Translations under genes and position numbers: made by a program
The notes under the pieces: model-generated
What the model saw: only the letters and a program-made list of their open reading frames with translations
What the model was told of the DNA's origin: nothing
The model's database searches: none
Shown: piece by piece, positions 1 to 8,849 of the stretch
Numbering within the stretch: position 1 is the first letter of the stretch
Layout of the letters: every line of letters starts with the position of its first letter
Assembly: GCF_006345805.1 (NCBI RefSeq)
Contig: NW_021825256.1
Location: 1-15,044 of the forward strand
DNA length: 15,044 nucleotides
Reading direction: 5' to 3'
Origin: Octopus sinensis
Taxonomy: Eukaryota

Positions 1-302
1 CTGTCGGTTTGGAATATGCGTGACACTTAAAGCGAGTTGTAATGGCGGTATCAGTATACGGTTGGCAAGACTTCGCGTGACCTTTCTCTAGAAAACGTAA
101 ACCCTTTCGTGTCCCGTCATAGGTGCATCAAGTCATTAACTCTTCCATCATGCTGTCCTTTACTTTATCGCCAACACCGTCTTCGCGTCTTTGCGTCTTC
201 TAGCCTCGCGGTGTACCGGTTGAAAATTGCCTGACCAGCCATTGTCGTTAAAATATCTGCTCAACTTACTGGAACTTTTCTAGCTGTCGTGACAACGAGG
301 CC

Positions 303-324
303 AAAAAAAAAAAAAAAAAAAAAA
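303..324. repeat. poly(A) run (22 nt)
   Basis: Direct reading of the sequence. Confidence 0.95.
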
Positions 325-603
325 CGGAAAATATCTCCTGAGGAAATTGATTGTTTTGTACTTTCGTTCGTGGCGAATAGTTTCTTTCTATTTCTATTCA
401 GAAAATGAATATAAATACTCTCACTGCTTAAGTGACGGAAACAGCTACGACATATTAAATACATTTAAAAGAGAAAAGAGCAAGAACTACATTAGTAAGT
501 ATACGGGAAATGTAATTGTAATGAATTCAGTGAGATCGTATTAACGCCAGCACAAAGTTGTGTGCATGTGAGTGTGTGTGCTTAAACTCCAACACGCATG
601 TTT

Positions 604-684
<81 letters not shown>
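604..684. repeat. (TAGA)n microsatellite
   Basis: Perfect tetranucleotide array; explains ORFs 527..709 and 541..750. Confidence 0.97.
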
Positions 685-728
685 GCGACAGGCTTCTTTC
701 AGTTTCCATCTACCAAATCCATTCACAA
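685..728 (-). mobile_element. Short internal fragment of an octopus tRNA-derived SINE
   Basis: GCGACAGGCTTCTTTCAGTTTCCATCTACCAAATCCATTCACAA matches my recollection of the segment that precedes the internal microsatellite of an abundant Octopus SINE; not database-checked. Confidence 0.6.
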
Positions 729-769
729 CAAACTTTTTGTGAGCCATCATGACTGACCGCTAAGTCTAC

Positions 770-940
770 GAGTATTTTTTAAAAATATTTTCTCTGTTTA
801 TTTCCTTGTGTTCCTTTCTGTTGAAGAGCGTAGGCTCGAAACGTAAAAGACTTCCTCACCTTCCAGAGCGTCAAACTAATACACCTACTTGTTATTTATA
901 CACCTGTCTTCGTCTTTTATTTTTCTGTAAATTTCAACTA
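770..940 (+). mobile_element. Short Penelope-like (pLTR-type) element remnant ending in (TA)n, carrying a hammerhead motif
   Basis: T-rich segment with a minimal hammerhead motif about 90 nt upstream of a (TA)n tail. Same architecture and local similarity as 11075-11292 (TTCCAGAGCGTCAAACTAATAC vs TTCCCTGAGAGTGTGCTAATAC). 5' boundary approximate. Confidence 0.6.
814..849 (+). ncRNA. Minimal type I hammerhead ribozyme-like motif (variant core CUGUUGA)
   Basis: CTTT | CTGTTGA | A | GAGC-GTAG-GCTC | GAAA | CGTA | AAAG: stem I CUUU/AAAG, perfect 4-bp stem II, GAAA, palindromic ACGU stem III, GUA cleavage triplet (843-845). Confidence 0.65.
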
Positions 941-946
941 TATAAT

Positions 947-977
<31 letters not shown>

Positions 978-1001
978 AGAAGCCTTCTTATATATATATA
1001 T

Positions 1002-1300
1002 TAAGAAGGCTTGGAGGTGATGTACTGGTATTAGAAAAAATAAGGTACTCAGAGATCTGGATGGTTGTACATTTACAGATTTTTATTAGTACATCACATG
1101 TTTTTATAGATCATATATAAGCGCTTGTATCTACTCTAGTAGATTCTTCAGATTTGCCGAAGAATCTGATTTGTGTTATATTTCTACGCATCCTTTCTCG
1201 GGCAGTTTGCAACTGTGTTTCTTGTAAATGCAGAGTTTAGGCTAAATTAACCCTTGTAAACAAATATCAATTTTTTTAAGCGAGCAGTTGATAAATAATT
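1002..1300 (-). mobile_element. Probable Penelope-like element 3' remnant, tail-to-tail with the 770-940 element
   Basis: Minus strand: degraded ORF-like end (FSLNSAFTRNTVANCPRKDA*, weakly like PLE endonuclease C-termini), then CTGAAGA plus hairpin at 1151-1118, then about 110 nt, then (TA)n. Boundaries approximate. Confidence 0.4.
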
Positions 1301-1389
1301 GCATTTAGGCGTATGCGATGGTCGCTATTAAAAAATTAGTTCAGTAAAACAAAAATACTTTTCTATATCAACACAACTAAAACCGTTCA

Positions 1390-1434
1390 AAGCTGAGTCC
1401 AGGAATGGTCGCAGTCCAATGACACAAGTAAAAG
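1390..1434 (+). mobile_element. SINE 3' tail remnant
   Basis: AAGCTGAGTCCAGGAATGGTCGCAGTCCAATGACACAAGTAAAAG aligns with the reverse complement of 3065-3115 (AAGGCGGTGCTCCAGCATGGTCACAGTCAAATGACTTAAACAAGTAAAAG). Confidence 0.75.
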
Positions 1435-1840
1435 GTAGAAGACGTAACGCTTGCTGCAGTTGCAGCCAGCAACGAATTTTATGAACACCAATGGATGTTT
1501 TTGGTTTTTGGCCAATTGGAAGAGATTCAGTAGTTAAGCGCATAAGAAAACCATTATAATTTATAAAGTACCTAGCAATGTTTACGTATTTGTAATGAAT
1601 GCTGTGTTTAGAATGGATATCGTTGTGGTCTGTTTTGTATTTATTTATTTATTTATTTATTGGTATTTGATACATTGTTCCTTTCCTTACTGGTCAAATT
1701 CCTTTCATCTTCATCGCCTTTAAGCATTTAAGCAGGAAAGAAAATACAAGACTAACTATCATTTGTCTATGTGTGTAAGAAAGTTTAATGCTAATTGCCT
1801 ACGTTTGTATCCATACATACGTACATTAGTTGTTGGTGTT

Positions 1841-1897
1841 ATTATTATTGTTATTATCGTTATCATTCTTATTATTATTATTATAATAATGATAATA

Positions 1898-1968
<71 letters not shown>

Positions 1969-1992
1969 GATCATCATCATCATCACCATCAT
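1841..1992. repeat. (ATT)n with flanking (ATC)n microsatellite
   Basis: Direct reading; explains the poly-I and poly-N ORFs. Confidence 0.95.
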
Positions 1993-2048
1993 CAATAACG
2001 TCTCGCATTTGTTTTTATAGTGTCATGTATTTCATGAATAGATAATGA

Positions 2049-2080
2049 GTGTATATATATGTGTGTGTGTATGTGTGTGT

Positions 2081-2114
<34 letters not shown>

Positions 2115-2122
2115 GTGTGTGT
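2049..2122. repeat. (GT)n microsatellite
   Basis: Direct reading. Confidence 0.95.
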
Positions 2123-2492
2123 AAAATACAAAATGGGACAAGAACGCAAAACATTCGGGCAGTTAGGTGATACACAAATGGGACAACAAAACATCCCGAG
2201 AGATGATACAAAGAAAACAAGGACAGGTCATTCGAAGCTTTCTTTCCTCAGTCGAGTACCAGATTATCTTCGCAATTTCGGCTGATTATAGTCGAAATTG
2301 CTCCAATCTGGCCAGCCCCAAGTAAAAACTAAGCTTAGAGCATTAGATTCCTTGGAAGGAAGCAGCGAAAGTATACAAAATCAAGGACGGAAAAAAACGG
2401 ACAATGTTACACAAATACAATAAAAATAATAACAGGACATAACAACAGGTGTTTTTCGACTAAGGACGAATTAAATTAAGCTGGTGCGTGTA
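2123..2492 (-). mobile_element. Octopus interspersed repeat, probably Penelope-like terminal-repeat type, ending in (CA)n
   Basis: T-rich on the minus strand; internal hairpin 2259-2311; CTGAGGA...CGAA motif about 100 nt before the microsatellite tail; internal duplication of AAATGGGACAA. Recognised from memory as a high-copy Octopus repeat; the class assignment is inference. Confidence 0.45.
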
Positions 2493-2550
2493 TAAATGAA
2501 GTCTTAAGGCAGCGATACATGATTTCACAGGCACAGAGAGGAATATCGAT

Positions 2551-2832
2551 GATATCACCGTGACCGACCAGGCTATCATCAGATGTTGCTACACATCGCT
2601 GGTCACAATGCGCTTTGCATTGTTTTAGCCTTCAAGTGACGCCACCCTGCTGGCTAAGCGAGTAGGCCAACAGAAGAAAGAGTGAGAGAAAGTTGTGGCG
2701 AAAGAGTACAGCAGGAGTCGCCACCACCCCCTGCCGGAGCCTCGTGGAGCTTTAGGTGTTTTCGCTCAATAAACACTCACAACGCCCCGTCTAGGAATCG
2801 AAACCGCGATCCTACAACCGCGCCTCCACGTG
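2551..2832 (-). mobile_element. tRNA-derived SINE (octopus), near full length, with the A-box region deleted
   Basis: Minus strand starts CACGTGGAGGCGC; B-box GGTTTCGATTCC at 2805-2794; body and tail (GCATTGTGACCAGCGATGTGTAGCAACATCTGAT...GCCTGGTCGGTCACGGTGAT) match a recalled Octopus SINE. Confidence 0.85.
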
Positions 2833-2840
2833 TATTTTTT

Positions 2841-2860
2841 ATATATATTATATATAATCC

Positions 2861-2895
<35 letters not shown>

Positions 2896-3060
2896 ATATA
2901 TATATAATATTATAATATAATAATATATATATATATATATCTATATATATATATAAAATTATGTGTATACGCTATATATTTATATATAATATATATAAAA
3001 TTATATATTATAGCATATATACTTATATACATATATATACACACACATACACAGACACAT
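2841..3060. repeat. Degenerate (TA)n/(CA)n microsatellite
   Basis: Direct reading. Confidence 0.9.
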
Positions 3061-3064
3061 ATAT

Positions 3065-3275
3065 TCTTTTACTTGTTTAAGTCATTTGACTGTGACCATG
3101 CTGGAGCACCGCCTTAAAGGGATTTTAGCCGAAGAAATATCCCAGGACTTATTTGTTGTAAGCCTAATATCTATTCTATCGATGTTATTTAGACGAACTG
3201 CTACGTTACAGAGACGTAAACACACACACACACACATCGATAGTCAAGCGATGTTTGAGGGCAAACGCAGACACA
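3065..3275 (-). mobile_element. 3' half of an abundant octopus SINE
   Basis: TCTTTTACTTGTTTAAGTCATTTGACTGTGACCATGCTGGAGCACCGCCTT...GACGTAAACAC...GTCAAGCGATG matches a recalled Octopus SINE 3' domain; in-window homologue at 1390-1434. Confidence 0.85.
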
Positions 3276-3281
3276 CACCAA

Positions 3282-3287
<6 letters not shown>

Positions 3288-3344
<57 letters not shown>

Positions 3345-3502
3345 GTGTGTGTGTTTGTGTATTTGTGCGTGTGTGTGCGTGCATGCGTACATATGTGTGT
3401 GTGGTTTGTATGTATGTATTATGTATGTATGCAGGTGTGTATTTGCACAAACACACACATACACATACAAACACACACACAACACACACACATATATATA
3501 TT
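3288..3502. repeat. Compound (TA)n/(GT)n/(TATG)n/(CA)n microsatellite
   Basis: Direct reading. Confidence 0.92.
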
Positions 3503-3953
3503 ATGCAGTTGTGTAATTATATTGTGGCATGGCATGTCGTTCACAATTATCGAGCGTCTGCTAATTCTTCACAACTTTAAACCATACAGACTTCATCACA
3601 GCTATTATATTCGAGGCAAACGCCATCCTTTGTTCTGTTACTGAAAACACGAGTTCTTATTGTTTTGCCTCTATTGAAGACTGGATTAATAATTAACGAC
3701 AGTCACTGTAAACCGTAACAGTGAAGAATGGTAGGTTTGATCAGTAAATGAATAGATGTTAATATTTTATACTGGGCAATTGTATGTGTGTGTTTTTTTA
3801 TGTACGTCGGGACGAATGTCAGTATGTATGTATGTTTATGATCGTGTCTCTACGCGTGTGTGCATTTTTTCACATGTGTGTGCGCGTGTGTGTGAGTATG
3901 TGTGTGTGTCTGTATGTGTGTGTGTGTGTGTGTATAAATATATATATATATGT

Positions 3954-4121
3954 ATGGCAGATGAACGCACACCCAAACAGCAGTTTTATGGCGATCTTGC
4001 AGAGGGGAAACGCAATCGGTGTAAACCTAAAAAGGGGTTTAAGGACGGCATAAGGACTACCATGAAGTCACTCGAAATGGATCCAAAGGCCATAGAAACC
4101 TTTGCTTCGGATCGAGCTGTG
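3954..4121 (+). mobile_element. RTE-clade LINE ORF C-terminal fragment
   Basis: MADERTPKQQFYGDLAEGKRNRCKPKKGFKDGIRTTMKSLEMDPKAIETFASDRAV fits the post-RT RTE motif M.D.R.PKQ..YG.L..GKR.RG.PKKR.KD.......L....D........DR..W. Confidence 0.9.
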
Positions 4122-4159
4122 TATTATACTCAAGGGCGGACTATACTCGAGGATTTACG

Positions 4160-4700
4160 GTATATAAACAGCACGTTTGCTATGGAACACATAAACACAT
4201 AGATATAAGCACGAGGTTTATTGGTGAAACATTCCCATCAAAACTTCTACCAAGTGCACACATAACAGACATGACATAGTTTTTGGAACAGGAAAGAAAA
4301 ATTCTGCATAGTCATTACCTTTAGTTGCCCTGTAGATGGGTACACCTCTTCAAAAATCAACAAGAAGGAGAATATCACTGGACATCTGCTTCAAACCACT
4401 ACCCTGATTCTAAATTTACATTGGTGCAATCAATTGTCTTAGTAAATGTCTAAGCTGCAATCTGGAGAAGCTATGATTTTCCAGCAAAGCATGAGAGCAG
4501 TTAAAACGGACTTTTTAGAGATACAATCAGTGAGTGGAAGAATAAAATTCAGCAAGGATTCCTTAAATTTCTCTATGAAATAACTATCATTGTTGTTATC
4601 CAAATCATAATGATGGCACTTGTATTTTTTAGTTAGAAACCAGCTCCCTTCTTCTAGAAAGAATACTAATAAATACAGACGAAAAATCATATATACATAC
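4160..4700 (+). mobile_element. Restriction-like-endonuclease (R4/Dong-type) non-LTR retrotransposon 3' fragment, pseudogenised
   Basis: With frameshifts and stops it reads AMEHINT..EVYW*NIPIKTSTKCTHNRHDIVF / WNRKEKFCIVITFSCPVDGYTSSKINKKENITG..LQT / YPDSKFTLV.. / KCLSCNLEKL*FS.. / IQSVSGRIKFSKDSLNFSMK*, the WW..PI...HNRPD..E.SCP.D..K..K RLE domain. The 3' UTR (4588-4690) ends in CATATATACATAC. Confidence 0.8.
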
Positions 4701-4742
4701 ACACGCATTCATATCGTACTATACCATACAAGCATACTATAC

Positions 4743-4752
4743 CACACACACA

Positions 4753-4807
<55 letters not shown>
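4743..4807. repeat. (CA)n microsatellite
   Basis: Direct reading. Confidence 0.96.
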
Positions 4808-4809
<2 letters not shown>

Positions 4810-5031
4810 CATTTACAACTTTTAATGTTATTCAATCGATCACGATATCGGAATGCTAGCAAAACTTACGGGTCGTCTGCCGGTAAATAAATTAAGTCTC
4901 GTGAAACAAGTTACACAAACTTCCCTCGATTTAAGTGGGTGAGAAAAGATTCTATCTTTTATGGAAGCTTAACATAACAAGAAACCATTCACATGTGGTT
5001 TATTTTATTTTCATACATACATACATACATG

Positions 5032-5034
<3 letters not shown>

Positions 5035-5073
<39 letters not shown>
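5035..5073. repeat. (TA)n microsatellite
   Basis: Direct reading. Confidence 0.95.
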
Positions 5074-5076
<3 letters not shown>

Positions 5077-5439
5077 GCTTAAATAAATGTAAAAGTGAAG
5101 TCAATGAAAGTAATTTCCGCCATGTTTTAGACTTTTGTGACCGAAGACTTAAGTGTTGAGAACTTTGTTGTTGCCGCCTATAATACAGATGGCGATGGTA
5201 GTGATGGTAGTGATGTTGTATGTTGATTTTATTTTCACTATTATGACGTTAATAGTTGTTTTATCTCCCTCAGTCACTTCATCTACTAAACTCATCCCCC
5301 CTACACACAGAAAAACACGCATGCTTTCACATATACTCACACACAAACACATACATACACACATATTTTAACGTTTACTGTATTAAAATAAGAGCTTCTA
5401 ATAGTTTCTTGTCATGAAGACTGGTGATTAGAAAGGTTA

Positions 5440-5542
5440 TTATAATGTGTCTTGTGTCTCCAAGTAATCTTTGAACTCTGAGCACATTTTTTCAACAACC
5501 CTCAAGATCTGAACACATGAGCTCAGAGCCCGCAGATTGCTT
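5440..5542 (-). pseudogene. Orphan protein-like C-terminal fragment, probably from a retroelement
   Basis: [34 protein letters not shown], open and protein-like, begins directly after a (CATA)n array. Family not identified. Confidence 0.3.
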
Positions 5543-5649
5543 ATGTATGTATGTATGTATGTATGTATGTATGTATGTATGTATGTATGTATGTATGTGT
5601 ATGTATACAAACATATATATATATATATATATATGTATACACACACATG

Positions 5650-5704
<55 letters not shown>

Positions 5705-5836
5705 TATATATATAATATACATATACACGTGCGAAAATACGGAAAATATGTGTACATGCACATAAGCGTTTATGTGCATATATACGTACATAAGTTAATA
5801 TACATACGCATATACATACATACATACATACATACA

Positions 5837-5870
<34 letters not shown>
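5543..5870. repeat. Compound microsatellite (TATG)n-(TA)n-(CA)n-(TA)n...(CATA)n
   Basis: Direct reading; the outer arrays are mutually inverted. Confidence 0.93.
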
Positions 5871-6019
5871 CACGAAATCATTTACCAACAGCCTCTGCTA
5901 AAACATTACATTCTCTCTCTTTCACTCTCTTTCTCTCTTCTTCTATTTATCTATCTGTAACTTTATCTCTAGTTTAGAACAATCGTCGGACGATATTGTT
6001 TCGTTTTTGAAGGAAACTT

Positions 6020-6305
6020 CCTTGAGAGATGAATGGAGAGCACAGCTTCCATTTCGTATTTTATTCTAAGCAACTAGGCCTAGTGAAGCCTACCGTAGTA
6101 AAAGAGAAAGAGGATCTCTGCGTGCGTACGTTTGAGATGCTAGAAATAACAACAAAGCTCCTTCAGATCGCTCCACACCACCCGTTTAAAAAAAGAATTA
6201 AAGCATTGCACACTCATAGATATACAAAATGATTTGTTAGTCACGTTTGGTATCACTGTGACTATAAAATCTGCTCTATCGCGGCTAGACAAGGGCTAAA
6301 CAACA
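6020..6305 (+). mobile_element. Old, degraded SINE body and tail
   Basis: GAGAGATGAATGGAGAGCACAGC...GCTAGAAATAACAACAAA...TTAAAAAAAG...GGGCTAAACAAC resembles a recalled old Octopus SINE ending in GGGCTAAACAACAAC; not database-checked. Confidence 0.5.
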
Positions 6306-6325
6306 GCAGTAACATCCAGCAATAG

Positions 6326-6344
6326 AAGTAGTAGTAGTAGTAGC

Positions 6345-6393
<49 letters not shown>

Positions 6394-6453
6394 TCAGCAA
6401 CAGCAGCAACAGCATCAGCAGCAGCAGCAGTAGTAGTAGTAGTAGTAGTAGTA
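6326..6453. repeat. (AGT)n/(CAG)n/(TAG)n trinucleotide array
   Basis: Direct reading. Confidence 0.95.
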
Positions 6454-6545
6454 ATTATATCGATGTTCGTTGAGCATGTATTGTGCTTGTAGTGTTACTG
6501 CTTCGCTTGACAAGGAAATTGGTTCTCGAACCCGACCGCAATCAG

Positions 6546-6615
6546 ACACACACATACACACACACACACACATACATACACACACATACACACACACACA
6601 CACACATACACATAC
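6546..6615. repeat. (CA)n microsatellite
   Basis: Direct reading. Confidence 0.94.
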
Positions 6616-6789
6616 AGTGTAAGGAAGAGACCCTAACTCGCAACTCCTCACTCTTCTATCATACAAATCCATTTATCACTAAATATCTGGCACAGCCGCC
6701 ATTTCTATCATGTCTACTAATACCAAGATTTCAACTAGCACGGTATCTTACGCAAGTCTCTTACTAATTTGGCACCATCTCTCCTTCCC

Positions 6790-6896
6790 TCACTCCCCTC
6801 TCTCTCACTCTCTCTCTCTCGCTTTCTGCATCTTTAAATATAATACACACACACATTTATATATATATATATATATACATACATATATATATATAT

Positions 6897-6932
<36 letters not shown>

Positions 6933-7294
6933 TGTATGTTTGTATGTATGTATGTATGTATGTATGTATGTATGTATGTATTTATGCATGTATGTATGTG
7001 TGTGTGTGTTTAATTACACACACACGTATATATATATATATATAGATATATATAATGTATATATATATAGAAATATACACATATATATATTATGTATACG
7101 TGCTTTATTATATGTTTGCGGGTGTGTGTATATGTGTATATGTGTGTACATATATATATATATATAGATATAGATATAGAATATATATATATATATGTAT
7201 GTATGTATGTATGTATATGTATATATGTGTATGTCCATGTTATAGATGTCCATTTCTCTCTCTCTCTCTATATATATATATAGCAACTTAACTA

Positions 7295-7338
<44 letters not shown>

Positions 7339-7340
7339 TC
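6790..7340. repeat. Compound (CT)n/(TA)n/(TATG)n/(GT)n microsatellite field
   Basis: Direct reading; explains all ORFs in 6710-7440. Confidence 0.92.
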
Positions 7341-7619
7341 CTTATTTATCCTGTGTCTCTCCCCATCTCTCTATCTAATTACATCTATTTCATACCCTAA
7401 CCCTAACCGCTCACTTCATCCAGTACGTGACCAATTCTGAACAGGGCCATCGAAGAGCCAGTTAAACTAATCGGAACTTCATCGAAACACTCCTTGAATT
7501 CAATTCCATGTAATCACCGAAATTAAAACCCACTTACCAAACATTTCTCAAGCATATACATGTGTGCATACATACACACGCATGATATATATGGTTACAT
7601 AGATACATGGTATATATGG

Positions 7620-8414
7620 TTAGTTTTGTTGTTGCTAATTTCGTTGTCAATGTAGTTTGTTGCTATTGCTTTATTTGCTCGTTATTTTTTTTTTTGTTAG
7701 CTTTGCAACCACGTCATTCTCTAGTTTCACATTTGCCACCATGTTGCTTTTTCTTGTTACTGTTGTTGTTTTTTTTTTGTTATTATTATTGTCACGTAGT
7801 CTTTGTTGTTCATTTGCGTTTTTCTTCAAATCTTTGTTGCGGTTGTGTTGCTAATTTCCCTTCTGGTTATCGTTGCGAATGACGGTGAAGAGCAAGAGGA
7901 AGAGAAGGAGAAGGATGGAAGTGGTGGCGGTGAGGATGAGGAGTAGGAGGAGCAAAAGGAGGAAGAGGAGGAAGAGGAGGGGGCAATTATTTTTTATTGT
8001 TTCTTTCCATGGAAGATTTTCTGTTGCTGTGGCTATTATAAATGTTTCACTGTAGAAAAATTAGCAACAGCGCTGGTAACAACTACAATAGCAACAACAA
8101 CAACAACAACAACAGTACATTAAGTCATATCAACAACGCAACACAAAACAAACAAACAGCAACAACATTAATAGCTGCAACAATTCAGCATGAACATTAT
8201 TAACATAAACTGGATTAATACCATCAATATTTACAACCACTACAACGACCATTTTAAATAAATAAAAATAAATAAACGTTTTGCACGGCAACAAGAACAA
8301 GAACATTAGCTTTAATATCATTAGATAGTATTTACATAACATTAACATTAATAACAAAATTGAAGTCCAATACAAAATGCAAACAACAATAACAAAAACA
8401 ACAGACAAAGTAAC

Positions 8415-8453
<39 letters not shown>

Positions 8454-8632
8454 CTGCAATATCAACAGCAACATCATTGAAAGAACTTTAGCATAACAAC
8501 AACAACAACAACAACAACGGAAACAAGAATAAAGAAAACTTAAACAACATTAATATAACATTTCAAAAGCAACAAACTAAATAGCAATACTACTACTACT
8601 ACTACTACTAATAATAATAATAATAATAATAA

Positions 8633-8663
<31 letters not shown>

Positions 8664-8783
8664 AAGAAGAAAAGAAGAAGAAGAAGAAGAAGAAGAAGAA
8701 GAAGAAGAAGGATGATGAGGATGATGAGGATGATTTCTTTTATTTGCCACCAGGGCGAAAGAGGAGGGAATAATACAAAGACA

Positions 8784-8849
<66 letters not shown>

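Noticed and set aside
4892-4906. 15-mer TTAAGTCTCGTGAAA is the exact reverse complement of 10982-10996
   Set aside because: The similarity does not extend on either side; one AT-rich 15-mer match in 15 kb is plausible by chance.
5413-5430. TGAAGACTGGTGATT resembling miR-7, plus other seed-only matches (10492 ATGGCAC, 10752 TATCACAGC)
   Set aside because: Mismatches to the mature sequences and no precursor hairpin.
7395-7408. CCCTAACCCTAACC, telomere-like repeat
   Set aside because: Only about 2.3 units; expected by chance and not an interstitial telomeric array.
7536-7560. Minus-strand donor TTG|GTAAGT (and similar at 4863-4870 and 264-269) suggesting micro-exons
   Set aside because: No adequate polypyrimidine acceptors nearby; isolated GTAAGT hexamers are expected at this frequency.
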